Positions 26,631-36,708 of a DNA stretch of 64,000 bases are shown here, in pieces. Source of the DNA: Paludibacteraceae bacterium (GTDB lineage: Bacteria; Bacteroidota; Bacteroidia; Bacteroidales; Paludibacteraceae); NCBI GenBank assembly GCA_017444615.1, contig JAFSWF010000028.1:634-64633 (forward strand). Direction: 5' to 3'. The position numbers and the translations under genes are program-made. The notes beneath the pieces were generated by a model. It saw nothing but the letters and a program-made list of their open reading frames with translations, did not search any database and was not told the origin of the DNA. How positions within the stretch are numbered: position 1 is the stretch's first letter; the number at the start of each line of letters is the position of its first letter.

Positions 26631-27806
26631 TTATAAATATGGGATTACTTTTTCCAATTGATTCGAACGGCTTCCTTTGAGCAAAATCCGAGCGCCACTA
26701 ATAGGATGTTCCTCCAAATAGGCAGATAGCGCTTCTACGTTCTCAAACACCGGATAGGGAGCCGTGGTCTCTTTGTATTCTTCTCCGACGAGTAGAACGT
26801 TGTCGGCTTTACGCTCTAAGAGCATATTAACGATGTTCTGATGTTCCAAGTGGGTGTATTCGCCCAGTTCGCGCATAGCGCCGAGGATGTAGCATTTGTC
26901 GTTTGTCGTTTGTCGTTGGTCGTTGGAGAAGGCATTGATCGCTGCTTGCATGGAGGTTGGGTTGGCATTGTAGGCATCCACGATGACGGTATTACGCTCT
27001 GTTTGAAGCAGTTGGGAACGATTATTGGATGGGATATACGCCTTGATAGCAGCCAAGGCTGCTTCTTCCGAGATGCCAAAATGCCGGCCGACACAGATTG
27101 CTGCTGATACATTCTCTGCATTATAGCCACCTACGAGATGCGTACCTTCCGGCATCATCCCTGTATGATAAGCTACCGTTTGGAGATCACCGGCCATCTT
27201 CGTTAGATAGGGATTATCTACATTACGGAAACAGAATCCTCCGTGAGTTCTAAGGAAATCGTATAACTCCTGTTTAGTAGCTTGTACACCTTCAAACGAT
27301 CCGAACCCTTGCAGATGGGCTTTTCCGACATTGGTAATCAAGCCGCAAGTAGGTTCCACTATATCCACCAGTTCCTTAATATCACCTGGATGCGAGGCTC
27401 CCATCTCTACGATGGCCATTTCATGCGCACGCGTAATACTTAATAATGTAAGGGGAACTCCTATCTGATTATTGAGATTTCCTTGCGTATAATACAGATT
27501 ATATTTTGTTCTCAAGACGGCGGCGCATAGTTCTTTGGTCGTCGTCTTACCATTGGTTCCGGTAATGCCGATGATAGGGATATTAAGGCTTCGGCGCCAA
27601 GCACGGGCTAAATCTTGCAACTGAGTTAAGGCGTTCTCACCACTGATAATATAGGCGGCTCCTTTTTCGCGTGCCTGTTCAACGAAATCGTTGCCATCGA
27701 AATGTTCGCCTTTCAATGCCACAAAAACAGAGCCGGGAGTGACCTTCCGGCTGTCTGTTGTGACATTTAGCGAATCCTTATTTTTTATTAGGAAGCTCCA
27801 ATCCAT
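26631..27806 (-). CDS. murF: UDP-N-acetylmuramoyl-tripeptide--D-alanyl-D-alanine ligase
   Basis: TTDSRKVTPGSVFVALKG, GITGTNGKTTTKE, DAYNANPTSM. In-frame SNDQRQTTNDK repeat insertion. Confidence 0.9.
   Translation of the reverse strand: MDWSFLIKNKDSLNVTTDSRKVTPGSVFVALKGEHFDGNDFVEQAREKGAAYIISGENALTQLQDLARAWRRSLNIPIIGITGTNGKTTTKELCAAVLRTKYNLYYTQGNLNNQIGVPLTLLSITRAHEMAIVEMGASHPGDIKELVDIVEPTCGLITNVGKAHLQGFGSFEGVQATKQELYDFLRTHGGFCFRNVDNPYLTKMAGDLQTVAYHTGMMPEGTHLVGGYNAENVSAAICVGRHFGISEEAALAAIKAYIPSNNRSQLLQTERNTVIVDAYNANPTSMQAAINAFSNDQRQTTNDKCYILGAMRELGEYTHLEHQNIVNMLLERKADNVLLVGEEYKETTAPYPVFENVEALSAYLEEHPISGARILLKGSRSNQLEKVIPYL
26895..26926. repeat. 7-nt-period array (GTCGTTT x2, GTCGTTG x2), in frame in murF
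   Basis: Minus strand encodes SNDQRQTTNDK. Confidence 0.85.
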
Positions 27807-29148
27807 AGTTTTTCTTCTTATCTTCTACTTTCAACGCAAGGCTCAGTAAGAACGCCAATACGCCAAATGAAGCAAACACAATCATCGGTACGAGGTAGCC
27901 GTTAGTAGCCACACGCAGTTTGCCGATGAGCAGCGGTACGAGGCACAAGCCGATGTTCTGCACCCAGAATATGAGGCAATAAGCAGATCCGAGTACTTTC
28001 TCGTCAATGATCTTGGGCACAGACGGCCACATCGAAGCCGGTACGAGCGAGAAACTGACACCCAGCACTAAGATGGTGATGAGGGCGAGCGTGTTGCTTG
28101 GATAAGCCGGCAGTATAAACGCAAACACACTATGGCAGCAGATCATGATAATCGCGCCAAGGAGCATCATCGTTGCTCCTTTGCCCTTATAGTCAATGAA
28201 GGCTCCGAGGAACGGTGTGAGAACCATCGCCAGTATCGGGAACCATTTGAATAAACCTGCTGCCTCGGCATTGGAGATAGCCAGTGTCTCTTCTAGGAAG
28301 TTCGTTGCGAAACGCTGGAAGGGGAAGATAGCTGAATAATATAGCACACACAGGAGTGCTACAATCCAGAACATCTTCGACGAGAAGATTTGTTTCAGGT
28401 CAGAAACATGGAACTCATCCTCCGGATCTTTGACTGCTGTTGCCTCACCGATGGCTACGAGTTGGGCATCGAAGCGACTATCCATGATTGTGAAGACGAA
28501 GAAGTTGAGCAAACCGATGACGAGGAGAGCCGAAGCGAAGAGTAGTGGAGCAGTGACGGAATTGGTACCATTCACAGCGAACTGCTCGCTGATCATCGGT
28601 GAGAGCCACATAGCGCCAAACACACCAAGGCGTGCAATGGCCATCTCCAGCCCCATGGCAAGCGCCATCTCTTTGCCCTTAAACCACTTAGCCAGGATCT
28701 TACTAACCGTTGTGCCGGCCATCTCACAGCCGCAGCCGAAGATCATGAAACCAAACATTGCCAGTTTGGCGGAGCCGGGCATAGCGGGCCACCAAGCGTT
28801 AAGCCATTCCACGGTGTTTGCGTCCGCCCAAGAAATACCCCAATATTTGATTGCGGCACCGATTACCATCAGACTAGCGGAGAGTAGACCTGTGAAACGA
28901 ACACCCATCTTATCGAGTATGATACCTGCGAGGATGAGGAATCCGAAGACGTTGAGCAGGTACTCACCGGCCGCGTAGGTGCCAAACACACCTTGGTCCC
29001 AACCGAGCGTGTCGTTCAGTAATGATGCAAGCGGCGAGAGGATGTCCACGAACATATAGGCGAAGAACATCATCGACGCCACGAGGATGAGTACCGACCA
29101 CCGAGCGGCAGCACTATCACGAAGGGTTTGTTGGATTTTTTCTACCAT
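27778..29148 (-). CDS. MFS transporter
   Basis: 456 aa with about 12 hydrophobic helices in a two-fold arrangement. 29-nt overlap with the murF start. Confidence 0.75.
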   Translation of the reverse strand: MVEKIQQTLRDSAAARWSVLILVASMMFFAYMFVDILSPLASLLNDTLGWDQGVFGTYAAGEYLLNVFGFLILAGIILDKMGVRFTGLLSASLMVIGAAIKYWGISWADANTVEWLNAWWPAMPGSAKLAMFGFMIFGCGCEMAGTTVSKILAKWFKGKEMALAMGLEMAIARLGVFGAMWLSPMISEQFAVNGTNSVTAPLLFASALLVIGLLNFFVFTIMDSRFDAQLVAIGEATAVKDPEDEFHVSDLKQIFSSKMFWIVALLCVLYYSAIFPFQRFATNFLEETLAISNAEAAGLFKWFPILAMVLTPFLGAFIDYKGKGATMMLLGAIIMICCHSVFAFILPAYPSNTLALITILVLGVSFSLVPASMWPSVPKIIDEKVLGSAYCLIFWVQNIGLCLVPLLIGKLRVATNGYLVPMIVFASFGVLAFLLSLALKVEDKKKNYGLELPNKK

Positions 29149-29233
29149 AACTGTACTTGTTTTTCTTTTTCAGCCACTCTGCTTTTTTCTTTTCGTATTC
29201 GGCGTAATGGCTCTCTAAATATCCGTCAGCCAT
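29117..29233 (-). CDS. candidate 38-aa micro-ORF (MADGYLESHYAEYEKKKAEWLKKKNKYSYGRKNPTNPS)
   Basis: ATG 29233 to TGA 29117, hand-translated; too short for the ORF track. The lysine-rich amphipathic sequence resembles small Bacteroidota proteins I recall only vaguely. Overlaps the MFS start by 32 nt. Confidence 0.3.
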   Translation of the reverse strand: MADGYLESHYAEYEKKKAEWLKKKNKYSYGRKNPTNPS

Positions 29234-29241
29234 AAGGAAGC

Positions 29242-29269
29242 ATTCAGTATTCAGCCTTCAGCCTTCAGA
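29242..29269. repeat. 7-nt-period array (ATTCAGT ATTCAGC CTTCAGC CTTCAGA)
   Basis: Directly downstream of the ompH stop (29270-29272). Confidence 0.85.
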
Positions 29270-29761
29270 TTATTTAATACCAAGCTCTTTCTTAACGGTC
29301 GGAGTGACGTCATGTGCATCATTGCCGATATGAACCATCGCAGCAGAATCGAAGATGTAGGTGTACCCTTCGCGATCGCCGACTGCCTTGATAGCTTTGG
29401 TCATCTTCTCATGAACCGGTGCAAGCAACTCTTGTTGTTTGCGTTGAATATCCTGCTCTGCTGTTTGGTAGAAGAGTTGGATACGTTGTTGCATCTCTTG
29501 CAACTCTTGTTGGCGGATTTGCTTCACAGCGTCCGGCATAGTAGCCTCTTGCGCTTGGTAGTCTTGTGCTTTCTTTTGAATCTCTTCATTCATGGACGCT
29601 AATTGGTTCTCATATTGAGATTGAATAGTATCCATTTTCAATTTCACTTGCGCCACCTCCGGCATTTGGGAGAAGAGTTCCTGCGTGTTAATGTGACCGA
29701 ATTTCTGTGCGCTGAGAGCCATCGGAGCAATCAGCAACAAGGTAATAATAATCTTTTTCAT
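29270..29761 (-). CDS. OmpH/Skp family periplasmic chaperone
   Basis: Signal peptide plus a long Q/E-rich coiled region ending GYTYIFD. Lies in the conserved position after bamA. Confidence 0.8.
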   Translation of the reverse strand: MKKIIITLLLIAPMALSAQKFGHINTQELFSQMPEVAQVKLKMDTIQSQYENQLASMNEEIQKKAQDYQAQEATMPDAVKQIRQQELQEMQQRIQLFYQTAEQDIQRKQQELLAPVHEKMTKAIKAVGDREGYTYIFDSAAMVHIGNDAHDVTPTVKKELGIK

Positions 29762-29829
29762 TTCAATATTGTTTTATTTATTTTTTTTCGGAATCCCGGG
29801 ATACCGGTATTACGGTATATCGATATTTT

Positions 29830-30366
29830 TTATTTAGCACCTAATTTTTGCAGTACTTGGTCGGATATGTCCAGTTTGGAGGACATGTAAATGAGCGCGG
29901 GGTCAGCAGAGCGATCTTTTACTACCTCGATACGTTTCTCTGCGGCCAAGTCTTGGATGGCGTTATAAATCTCGTCTTGTATGGGTTTGATGAGCGCTTC
30001 GCGTTTCTTGAAGAGTTCGCCATCCTGTCCGAAATACTTACGTTTCAGTTCCAACACCTCTTGCTCTTTCTTGACGATGGCCTCTTCGTGTTCGCGGCGC
30101 ATAGCGTCGGAAAGGAAGATCTGCTCCGTTTGGTAGTTGGTTGCCATCACACGTGCTTCCTGTTGCGCGGCGTCTATCTCTTTCTGCCAGCGTTTGGAAA
30201 GCATTGTCAGTTGCTCATTCGCCTGCTCGTATTGGGGCAGGTTCTTGAGAATATATTGCATATCAATATATGCCACCTGTTGGTCTTTTGCAAAAGTTGT
30301 GCCAAAACAAAGTACAAAGGAAATAAGTACGATGTACGATTTATGTACGAAGGCCTTTTTCATCAT
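29830..30366 (-). CDS. OmpH/Skp family periplasmic chaperone (second copy)
   Basis: Same architecture as the first copy. Start ATG 30366 or 30363 (track TTG 30372). Confidence 0.8.
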   Translation of the reverse strand: MMKKAFVHKSYIVLISFVLCFGTTFAKDQQVAYIDMQYILKNLPQYEQANEQLTMLSKRWQKEIDAAQQEARVMATNYQTEQIFLSDAMRREHEEAIVKKEQEVLELKRKYFGQDGELFKKREALIKPIQDEIYNAIQDLAAEKRIEVVKDRSADPALIYMSSKLDISDQVLQKLGAK

Positions 30367-30397
30367 TGTCAATTATCAATTGTCAATTATCAATTAG
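30367..30397. repeat. AATTGAY-family array filling the bamA-stop to ompH-start spacer
   Basis: TGTCAATTATCAATTGTCAATTATCAATTAG. Confidence 0.85.
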
Positions 30398-33022
30398 TTA
30401 TAACTCTTGTCCGAGGACGAAGTGGAATTGGCTACCACCGTATTGTTTCGAACCGTTAATTTCGTCAAATCCCCACCCCCAGTCTATACCGAGTAATCCG
30501 AACATGGGCAGGAAGATACGTACACCTACACCGGCTGAACGCTTGAGGTCAAAGGGGTTGTAGTTACGAATATCCGAGAAGCAGTTACCGGCCTCCAAGA
30601 AAGCGAGTGCCCAAATAGTAGCGTTTTGCTCCAACGAAATGGGGTAACGAAGCTCCATAGTGAACTTGTTGTAGAGGTAACCCATATTACGTCCTGTTGC
30701 AACGTCATACGGAGTAAGCGAACCGGAACTATAACCACGCATTGCCACGTATTCGGTCGAATAACTGGTGTAACTGGACATACCGTCACCACCCATATAG
30801 AAGGACTCGAAGGGCGATTTGGCATTCTCGTTATAGTGCCCCAAGTAACCGAATTCTGCACGGGTCATGAGGACGAGTTTGCTATCACGGGTAAGCGGCG
30901 TGAACACTTTGCCGGTAAATTTCCATTTATGATACTCAATCAAGTGGTATTTCTCCGAAGCGGTCATTTGCGAGTAGTCTTTGCCGTTGAAGAGTGACCA
31001 AGGCGGTGTGATCTTGAGGCCGAGCGTGAATTGCGAACCGCGGCGTGTGTAAATCGGGTTATCGATGGACGAACGGCTGAGTTGCAGGTTGATAGCCAAG
31101 TTGTGACTTGTACCATTCGCAATCAGCAAGTACGGCCAGTCTTTCATCATATACATCTGATAACTCAATTCGCCATAGAACGTGAAGTAATCGTCCGGCC
31201 AACGCAAACGCTTACCGTATCCAATGGACACGCCGAGGGTGCGTAGGTACTTATCTTTATCCGCTTCGGACTCTGCTAACTGCTGGTAATAGTTGGAGTT
31301 ACCGGAGTAGTAGTAATAGCTCGAATAAGTATTGTACAAGTTCTGGTACGCCTTCTGGTAACGCGAAGAGTAACCGGTTTGGTTAGCAAAATAGATACTT
31401 GCGCTGAGGCTGTTAGGTCGCTTACCGCCTAACCAAGGTTCCAAGAACGAGATACTTGCGCTCGTATAATATATACCGTTCGTACGCGCGTTAATGGAGA
31501 AAGTTTGTCCTTCTCCCTGCGGCACAATACGATAGGCTTTTTTGTTGAAGAGGTTTTGGATGGCGAAGTTGGTGAACTTGAGTCCTAATGAACCTACCAG
31601 ACCGGTTGCGCCCCAACCGAGCGAGAACTCGATTTGGTCAGAAGACTTGGTCTCCAATTGGTACGTAATATCTACTGTTCCCTCTTCTGGGTTCGGTTGA
31701 ATGTCCGGAACAAGTTTCTCTTGGTCGAAGTGACCCATTTGCGCCAACTCACGAAGCGAACGCATAATATCCGACTGGCTGTATAGTTGTCCGGGTTTGG
31801 TGTATAGTTCACGGCGAACAACATGCTCATAAACGCGGGTGTTACCTACTATCTTCACCTCGTTGATGGTAGCAGGTTTACCTTCGTACATGCGCATCTC
31901 AAAGTCGATAGAGTCGTTCTCCACGTTCACTTCCACCGGTTCGACGTTGAAGAAGAGGTAACCGCGGTCGGTATAGAGTTTGCTGACGGCATCATCATCG
32001 CCTGTCAAACGATCATTAAGGGTCTTGAGGTTGTACACATCCCCGGGTTTGACGCCCAAAGTAGCATCTAATAACTCGTACGGATAGATGGTGTTTCCCA
32101 CCCATTTAACCGAACGAACATAATATTTATCTCCCTCGCTGATAGTCATATAGACATCCACGCGTGTTGGGTCTTCGGGGTTTGGTACGACCGAGTCAGC
32201 TACAATATATGCGTCGCGATAACCGTACTCATTGTATTTCTCAATGACCGCGAGTTTATCTTTTTCGTACTCTTCGGTAACGAATTTCTTGGTTCGGAAG
32301 AGGTTAACGATATCATTATCGTTCGTTTTCTTCATCGCCTTATTGATTTGCCGTGTGGTAAGCGCCTCGTTGCCGGTGATATATATTTTGCCTACTTTCG
32401 TTTTGGCTTTCTTATCCACAGCAATCATCACTTTCACATAGCCCGGGTGGTCAACGTCATTTTGCTGAAGTACATGTACTTCGGCATTGTGGAAACCTTT
32501 TTCTGCCAGATATTTTTTGATGACTGTTTTAGCATGATCTTCGAGGTTCGGCGTCATTTGTGAACCCTGACGAATACCGGCTTTTATCTCAACGTCCTCT
32601 TTCTCGCTTTTCTTCAGTCCTTCGTATTTCACTTCGCTCACACGCGGACGTTGTTCCAAGGCGATTACTAACCAAATCTTATTACCTTCAATCTTTTTCG
32701 CTTTGATTTTGACGGACGCAAAGAGGCCTTGCTTCCAGAATCGTTTGATAGCTTTGGTTATTTGGTCACCGGGCACTTCGATCTTATCGCCTACGGCGAG
32801 ACCGGAGAAACCGATGAGCACGAAATCTTCGTAGCTATCCGCTCCTTCTATCTCAATCGACGCTATCTCGTACGTTTTACGGGTCATCGTATATTCGATG
32901 TCCGGCGCAGCAGGCGTAGGGATGCTATCGTTGGCTAATAGGCATTGGATGTTGGCTATTAGCATGGCACAACATAGTATTTTAGCGAATCTGTTCACTC
33001 GTTTTTCCAAATCTTCTTTCAC
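30398..33022 (-). CDS. bamA: outer membrane protein assembly factor BamA
   Basis: 874 aa with POTRA-like repeats followed by an Omp85 barrel. uppS-bamA-ompH-ompH order is typical for Bacteroidota. Alternative start 32965. Confidence 0.9.
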   Translation of the reverse strand: MKEDLEKRVNRFAKILCCAMLIANIQCLLANDSIPTPAAPDIEYTMTRKTYEIASIEIEGADSYEDFVLIGFSGLAVGDKIEVPGDQITKAIKRFWKQGLFASVKIKAKKIEGNKIWLVIALEQRPRVSEVKYEGLKKSEKEDVEIKAGIRQGSQMTPNLEDHAKTVIKKYLAEKGFHNAEVHVLQQNDVDHPGYVKVMIAVDKKAKTKVGKIYITGNEALTTRQINKAMKKTNDNDIVNLFRTKKFVTEEYEKDKLAVIEKYNEYGYRDAYIVADSVVPNPEDPTRVDVYMTISEGDKYYVRSVKWVGNTIYPYELLDATLGVKPGDVYNLKTLNDRLTGDDDAVSKLYTDRGYLFFNVEPVEVNVENDSIDFEMRMYEGKPATINEVKIVGNTRVYEHVVRRELYTKPGQLYSQSDIMRSLRELAQMGHFDQEKLVPDIQPNPEEGTVDITYQLETKSSDQIEFSLGWGATGLVGSLGLKFTNFAIQNLFNKKAYRIVPQGEGQTFSINARTNGIYYTSASISFLEPWLGGKRPNSLSASIYFANQTGYSSRYQKAYQNLYNTYSSYYYYSGNSNYYQQLAESEADKDKYLRTLGVSIGYGKRLRWPDDYFTFYGELSYQMYMMKDWPYLLIANGTSHNLAINLQLSRSSIDNPIYTRRGSQFTLGLKITPPWSLFNGKDYSQMTASEKYHLIEYHKWKFTGKVFTPLTRDSKLVLMTRAEFGYLGHYNENAKSPFESFYMGGDGMSSYTSYSTEYVAMRGYSSGSLTPYDVATGRNMGYLYNKFTMELRYPISLEQNATIWALAFLEAGNCFSDIRNYNPFDLKRSAGVGVRIFLPMFGLLGIDWGWGFDEINGSKQYGGSQFHFVLGQEL

Positions 33023-33722
33023 GTTTCTGATAATCGACGATGGCTTTATAGAACTCCTCTTCTGTGAACTCCGGCCAGAGACAGTCGGTAAAGTACAACT
33101 CGCTGTAAGCCAGTTGCCATAGGAGGAAATTACTGATTCGGTACTCGCCGCTGGTACGAATCAGCAGGTCTGGGTCGGGAATAGAAGCTGTTGTCATAAG
33201 GGATGATACCAGCTGCTCGTTCACATCCTCGGGGCGTAAGGTTCCTGCTTTGGCTTGTTGCACGGCTGTTTGCATCGCACGGATGATTTCCCAACGCGCT
33301 GAATAACTGAGCGCCAAGACCATCGTCAAACCGGTATTCTTACTCGTTTGCTCGATGCAATTGAGGAATTTCTGACGTGCACCTTCCGGCAAGCGGTCAA
33401 TGTCACCAATAGTCTGCAGGCGGACGTTATTATTCATCAGCGTTGGTGTCTCTTTGGCGATGGTGTCCACCAGTAGTGTCATCAGCGCATCCACTTCCTC
33501 TTTGGGCCGGTTCCAATTCTCCGTAGAGAACGTATAGAGCGTCAAGTACTCCACGCCTAATTGGGTAGCCGCCACGGTGATATTATGCACCGTTTCTACG
33601 CCTTGCTTATGTCCGAACATCCGCGCAAGTCCTTGTTTTTTGGCCCATCGACCGTTACCATCCATAATGATGGCAATGTGTCGCGGTAAGCGCGTTGCGT
33701 CTATTTGTTCCTTATAACTCAT
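32982..33722 (-). CDS. uppS: isoprenyl transferase (undecaprenyl diphosphate synthase)
   Basis: [10 protein letters not shown] and [15 protein letters not shown]. Start ATG 33722 (track 33773 rejected). Confidence 0.95.
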   Translation of the reverse strand: MSYKEQIDATRLPRHIAIIMDGNGRWAKKQGLARMFGHKQGVETVHNITVAATQLGVEYLTLYTFSTENWNRPKEEVDALMTLLVDTIAKETPTLMNNNVRLQTIGDIDRLPEGARQKFLNCIEQTSKNTGLTMVLALSYSARWEIIRAMQTAVQQAKAGTLRPEDVNEQLVSSLMTTASIPDPDLLIRTSGEYRISNFLLWQLAYSELYFTDCLWPEFTEEEFYKAIVDYQKRERRFGKTSEQIR

Positions 33723-33726
33723 GCTT

Positions 33727-34479
33727 CTAATAATTACAAATCCGACAGGGTTTCTTCGCACGCCCGAACTCAACCACTAATCCTACCGTCAGTTGACCGG
33801 TTAGGTCACAGTTCATAATGTTGGAACCGTTGAGATTATGGGTGTTATTCAACTCTTTCTTCGCTTCAATGTCATCCGCAAAATAGAGATTATGCTGCCA
33901 TGCTATATTGAGACCAAAGCAGTCCGAAAATTTCCATTTGAACCCTATACCGAATGGCAGATACAACGCCATTCCGCCTGTTTTGCCATCCTTTATGAGT
34001 TGTCCCACTTCTGAGACCCAGTTAGCGGCAAACAGGTTCGTTCCTTCCAGTCCGTAGAAAGCGCCACCGAGACCCAAGAAAATATACGGTGTATAGGGTT
34101 TGATACGCTTGTCGTACTCGTTCGATGCCCCGAAGCGGAGGAAGTTAAACTCTGCCATCACATCTATATTGATCAAGTCGTTCGTCCATCTCCCATCTGT
34201 CTCTGGTTTGCGTTCCTGCCAAAGCGATTTGTATCCGTTTATCTGTTCCCAACTCACTTTCGCTTGGATAGCCCAGCGTTTGGTGAACTTATAGCGGTAA
34301 TGAAGACCAACTGTCACGCCCGGACTGGCAAAAATATGTGGTTCAGCTTCGCCCACATAGTAGGCGTAGCCTGCTTGTAAACCGATTTCGTGCAGGTAGG
34401 GGAGTTCTTCGGCACGAACGGTCATCGTTGCGCTAACAAGCAACAACACTATACCATATATATACGTACGTACGCGCAT
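33727..34479 (-). CDS. outer membrane beta-barrel protein (DUF6089-like)
   Basis: Signal peptide, alternating aromatic/hydrophobic beta-strand pattern, position upstream of uppS. Confidence 0.55.
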   Translation of the reverse strand: MRVRTYIYGIVLLLVSATMTVRAEELPYLHEIGLQAGYAYYVGEAEPHIFASPGVTVGLHYRYKFTKRWAIQAKVSWEQINGYKSLWQERKPETDGRWTNDLINIDVMAEFNFLRFGASNEYDKRIKPYTPYIFLGLGGAFYGLEGTNLFAANWVSEVGQLIKDGKTGGMALYLPFGIGFKWKFSDCFGLNIAWQHNLYFADDIEAKKELNNTHNLNGSNIMNCDLTGQLTVGLVVEFGRAKKPCRICNY

Positions 34480-34481
34480 AG

Positions 34482-35840
34482 TTAATTTTGTTTTATCAGC
34501 AGACGAAAAGCGTCCGTTACTTTTTTTACAGGCACCACTTCTATTTGGAACCGTGTGTTATCTATTTTCATCCCTGCGGGGATAAGGATTCGTTTGAAAC
34601 CCAGTTTCTGTGCCTCCTGGATGCGTTGCTCAATGCGGTTCACCGGTCTGATCTCACCTGCCAACCCCACTTCGCCGCAAAGACATGTACCTGCGTCAAG
34701 GGCAATGTCCATGTTACTGCTCAGTACAGCCGCCAAAACGGCTAAGTCGATGGACGGGTCTTGTACCCGCAGGCCTCCGGCTATGTTGAGGAACACATCT
34801 TTCTGGAGCAACTTAAAGCCAATACGCTTCTCCAGTACAGCGAGTAACATGTTCAGTCGCCTACCGTCAAAGCCTGTGGATGAACGTTGCGGTGTACCAT
34901 AAGCAGCCGTTGAGACGAGTGCCTGCACTTCGATTAAGAACGGTCTGACCCCTTCTACCGCGGCGGCGATAGCAATGCCGGATAAGCCTTCCCGTGAAGT
35001 GGAAAGCAGTAACTCTGACGGATTGCTCACTTCGCGCAGACCGTCTTGCCGCATCTCATAGATACCCAGTTCGGAGGTCGAACCAAAACGGTTCTTCTGC
35101 GCACGAAGGATGCGGTACATATAGTGCTGGTCCCCCTCAAACTGCAAGACCGTATCTACGATATGTTCCAGCACTTTAGGACCTGCCAACGAACCCTCTT
35201 TGTTAATGTGCCCGATGATGAAGAACGGTATATTACGGGTCTTGGCGAACTCTAATATACGTGCGGCACATTCGCGTACTTGGCTGAGACTGCCGATGGT
35301 TGCATCGATCGATTCTGTTCCGATGGTCTGGATAGAGTCGATGACAACTACCTCGGGTTCTAACTCTTTGACTTGCTCTAAGATTCGTTCCAACGATGTC
35401 TCGCTACTAATGTAGAGGTTCGAGGCGTCGCCGGCGAGTCGCTCTGCGCGCAGTTTGATCTGCCGAACACTCTCTTCGCCTGAGGCGTAGAACGTCTTGC
35501 GTTCGCCTAATTGCAGCAGTACTTGCAAGGCTAAAGTCGATTTGCCGATGCCGGGTTCACCGCCTAAGAGCACCAAACTGCCCGACACTAATCCTCCTCC
35601 TAAGACCCGATTCAACTCACCGTTGTGCATGTCAATGCGCATCTCTTCGGAAGCCACGATGTCCTGTAAGCGCTGTGGCTGACCGCTTACGCTGAATGAC
35701 CGCTTTGCTGTAGGAGTGCTTTGCTGAATGACCTCCTCTTCGTACGTGCCCCATTCGCCGCAGACAGGGCAACGACCCAACATCTGCGGGGCTTTCGCTC
35801 CGCATGAAGAACAAACATATTGTATCGTTGCCTTTGCCAT
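34482..35840 (-). CDS. radA: DNA repair protein RadA
   Basis: Zinc finger CSSCGAKAPQMLGRCPVCGEWGT, Walker A GGEPGIGKST, KNRFG motif, Lon-like C-terminus. Confidence 0.95.
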   Translation of the reverse strand: MAKATIQYVCSSCGAKAPQMLGRCPVCGEWGTYEEEVIQQSTPTAKRSFSVSGQPQRLQDIVASEEMRIDMHNGELNRVLGGGLVSGSLVLLGGEPGIGKSTLALQVLLQLGERKTFYASGEESVRQIKLRAERLAGDASNLYISSETSLERILEQVKELEPEVVVIDSIQTIGTESIDATIGSLSQVRECAARILEFAKTRNIPFFIIGHINKEGSLAGPKVLEHIVDTVLQFEGDQHYMYRILRAQKNRFGSTSELGIYEMRQDGLREVSNPSELLLSTSREGLSGIAIAAAVEGVRPFLIEVQALVSTAAYGTPQRSSTGFDGRRLNMLLAVLEKRIGFKLLQKDVFLNIAGGLRVQDPSIDLAVLAAVLSSNMDIALDAGTCLCGEVGLAGEIRPVNRIEQRIQEAQKLGFKRILIPAGMKIDNTRFQIEVVPVKKVTDAFRLLIKQN

Positions 35841-36649
35841 TATATCTCTATTACGTTGTTTTCCTCAGCGAGAATGGTGTTTTCGAAGATAGGCTTTGCC
35901 TCTTGCAGGAAAAGCGAATGGTCTTCCACACGGGCGCTATAGTGTCCTAAGATCAACTTCCCTACTTTCGCTTTTTGGGCGATAGTAGCAGCCTCAGCAG
36001 CCGTTGAATGCTTCACTTCCTTGCTGCGAGCGGACATCTCTTGCAGGAACGTGGACTCGTGATAAAGTGCATCCACGCCTTCGATAATAGGCACGATCTT
36101 CTCGCTGTATTGGGTGTCCGTGCAGTACGCATAGCGCTTACGGGTGACGTGATCAAACGTGCCATCTTCCTTGGGTACACGGCGCGTCTCTTTGAAGAGG
36201 AACCCGCAACAAGGCACGCCATGTTTGAGCGGCATGGTTTCCACCGTCACCGTTCGGTCCTCGTAGATTACTTCGTGCTTGCGAGGGTTGATGGGGTGAA
36301 AAATAATCTCATACAACCTATCGCCGCAATGGTAATCGAGTAAAGGTTTGAGCAACTTCTCCAAGTCCGGCTGCGCATAGATATGCATTGGCTGCGTGCG
36401 TTTGAGCATAGCCAACGTGGTTAGTAAGCCCATTAGACCAAAACAGTGGTCGCCGTGCAGGTGGGTGATAAAGATGTTATACAACCTGCCTGTACGGATT
36501 CCCAGTTTCTGCATAGTTAGCAGCACACCTTCCCCGCAGTCCACGAGGAAGAGTTTATCCCTCAATTCCACTAATTGTCCCGAAGGGGAAGTGGTCTTGG
36601 TGGGTTTGGCGCTACCACAGCCTAATATGGTCACTTTACCGTTACTCAT
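35840..36649 (-). CDS. rnz: ribonuclease Z / MBL-fold hydrolase
   Basis: ILGCGSAKPT, LFLVDCGEG, ITHLHGDHCFGL (HxHxDH). TAATG overlap with radA. Confidence 0.7.
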   Translation of the reverse strand: MSNGKVTILGCGSAKPTKTTSPSGQLVELRDKLFLVDCGEGVLLTMQKLGIRTGRLYNIFITHLHGDHCFGLMGLLTTLAMLKRTQPMHIYAQPDLEKLLKPLLDYHCGDRLYEIIFHPINPRKHEVIYEDRTVTVETMPLKHGVPCCGFLFKETRRVPKEDGTFDHVTRKRYAYCTDTQYSEKIVPIIEGVDALYHESTFLQEMSARSKEVKHSTAAEAATIAQKAKVGKLILGHYSARVEDHSLFLQEAKPIFENTILAEENNVIEI

Positions 36650-36672
36650 TATTGCAGATAGGAGGCTTAGGA

Positions 36673-36708
36673 AGCCTAGTTAGCCTAGTTTGTCCAGTTG
36701 TCTTAGTA
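36673..36708. repeat. 9-nt-period array (AGCCTAGTT x2, TGTCCAGTT, GTCTTAGTA) straddling a stop codon
   Basis: Contains the DUF4954 stop (36680-36682) and its last codons. Confidence 0.7.
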
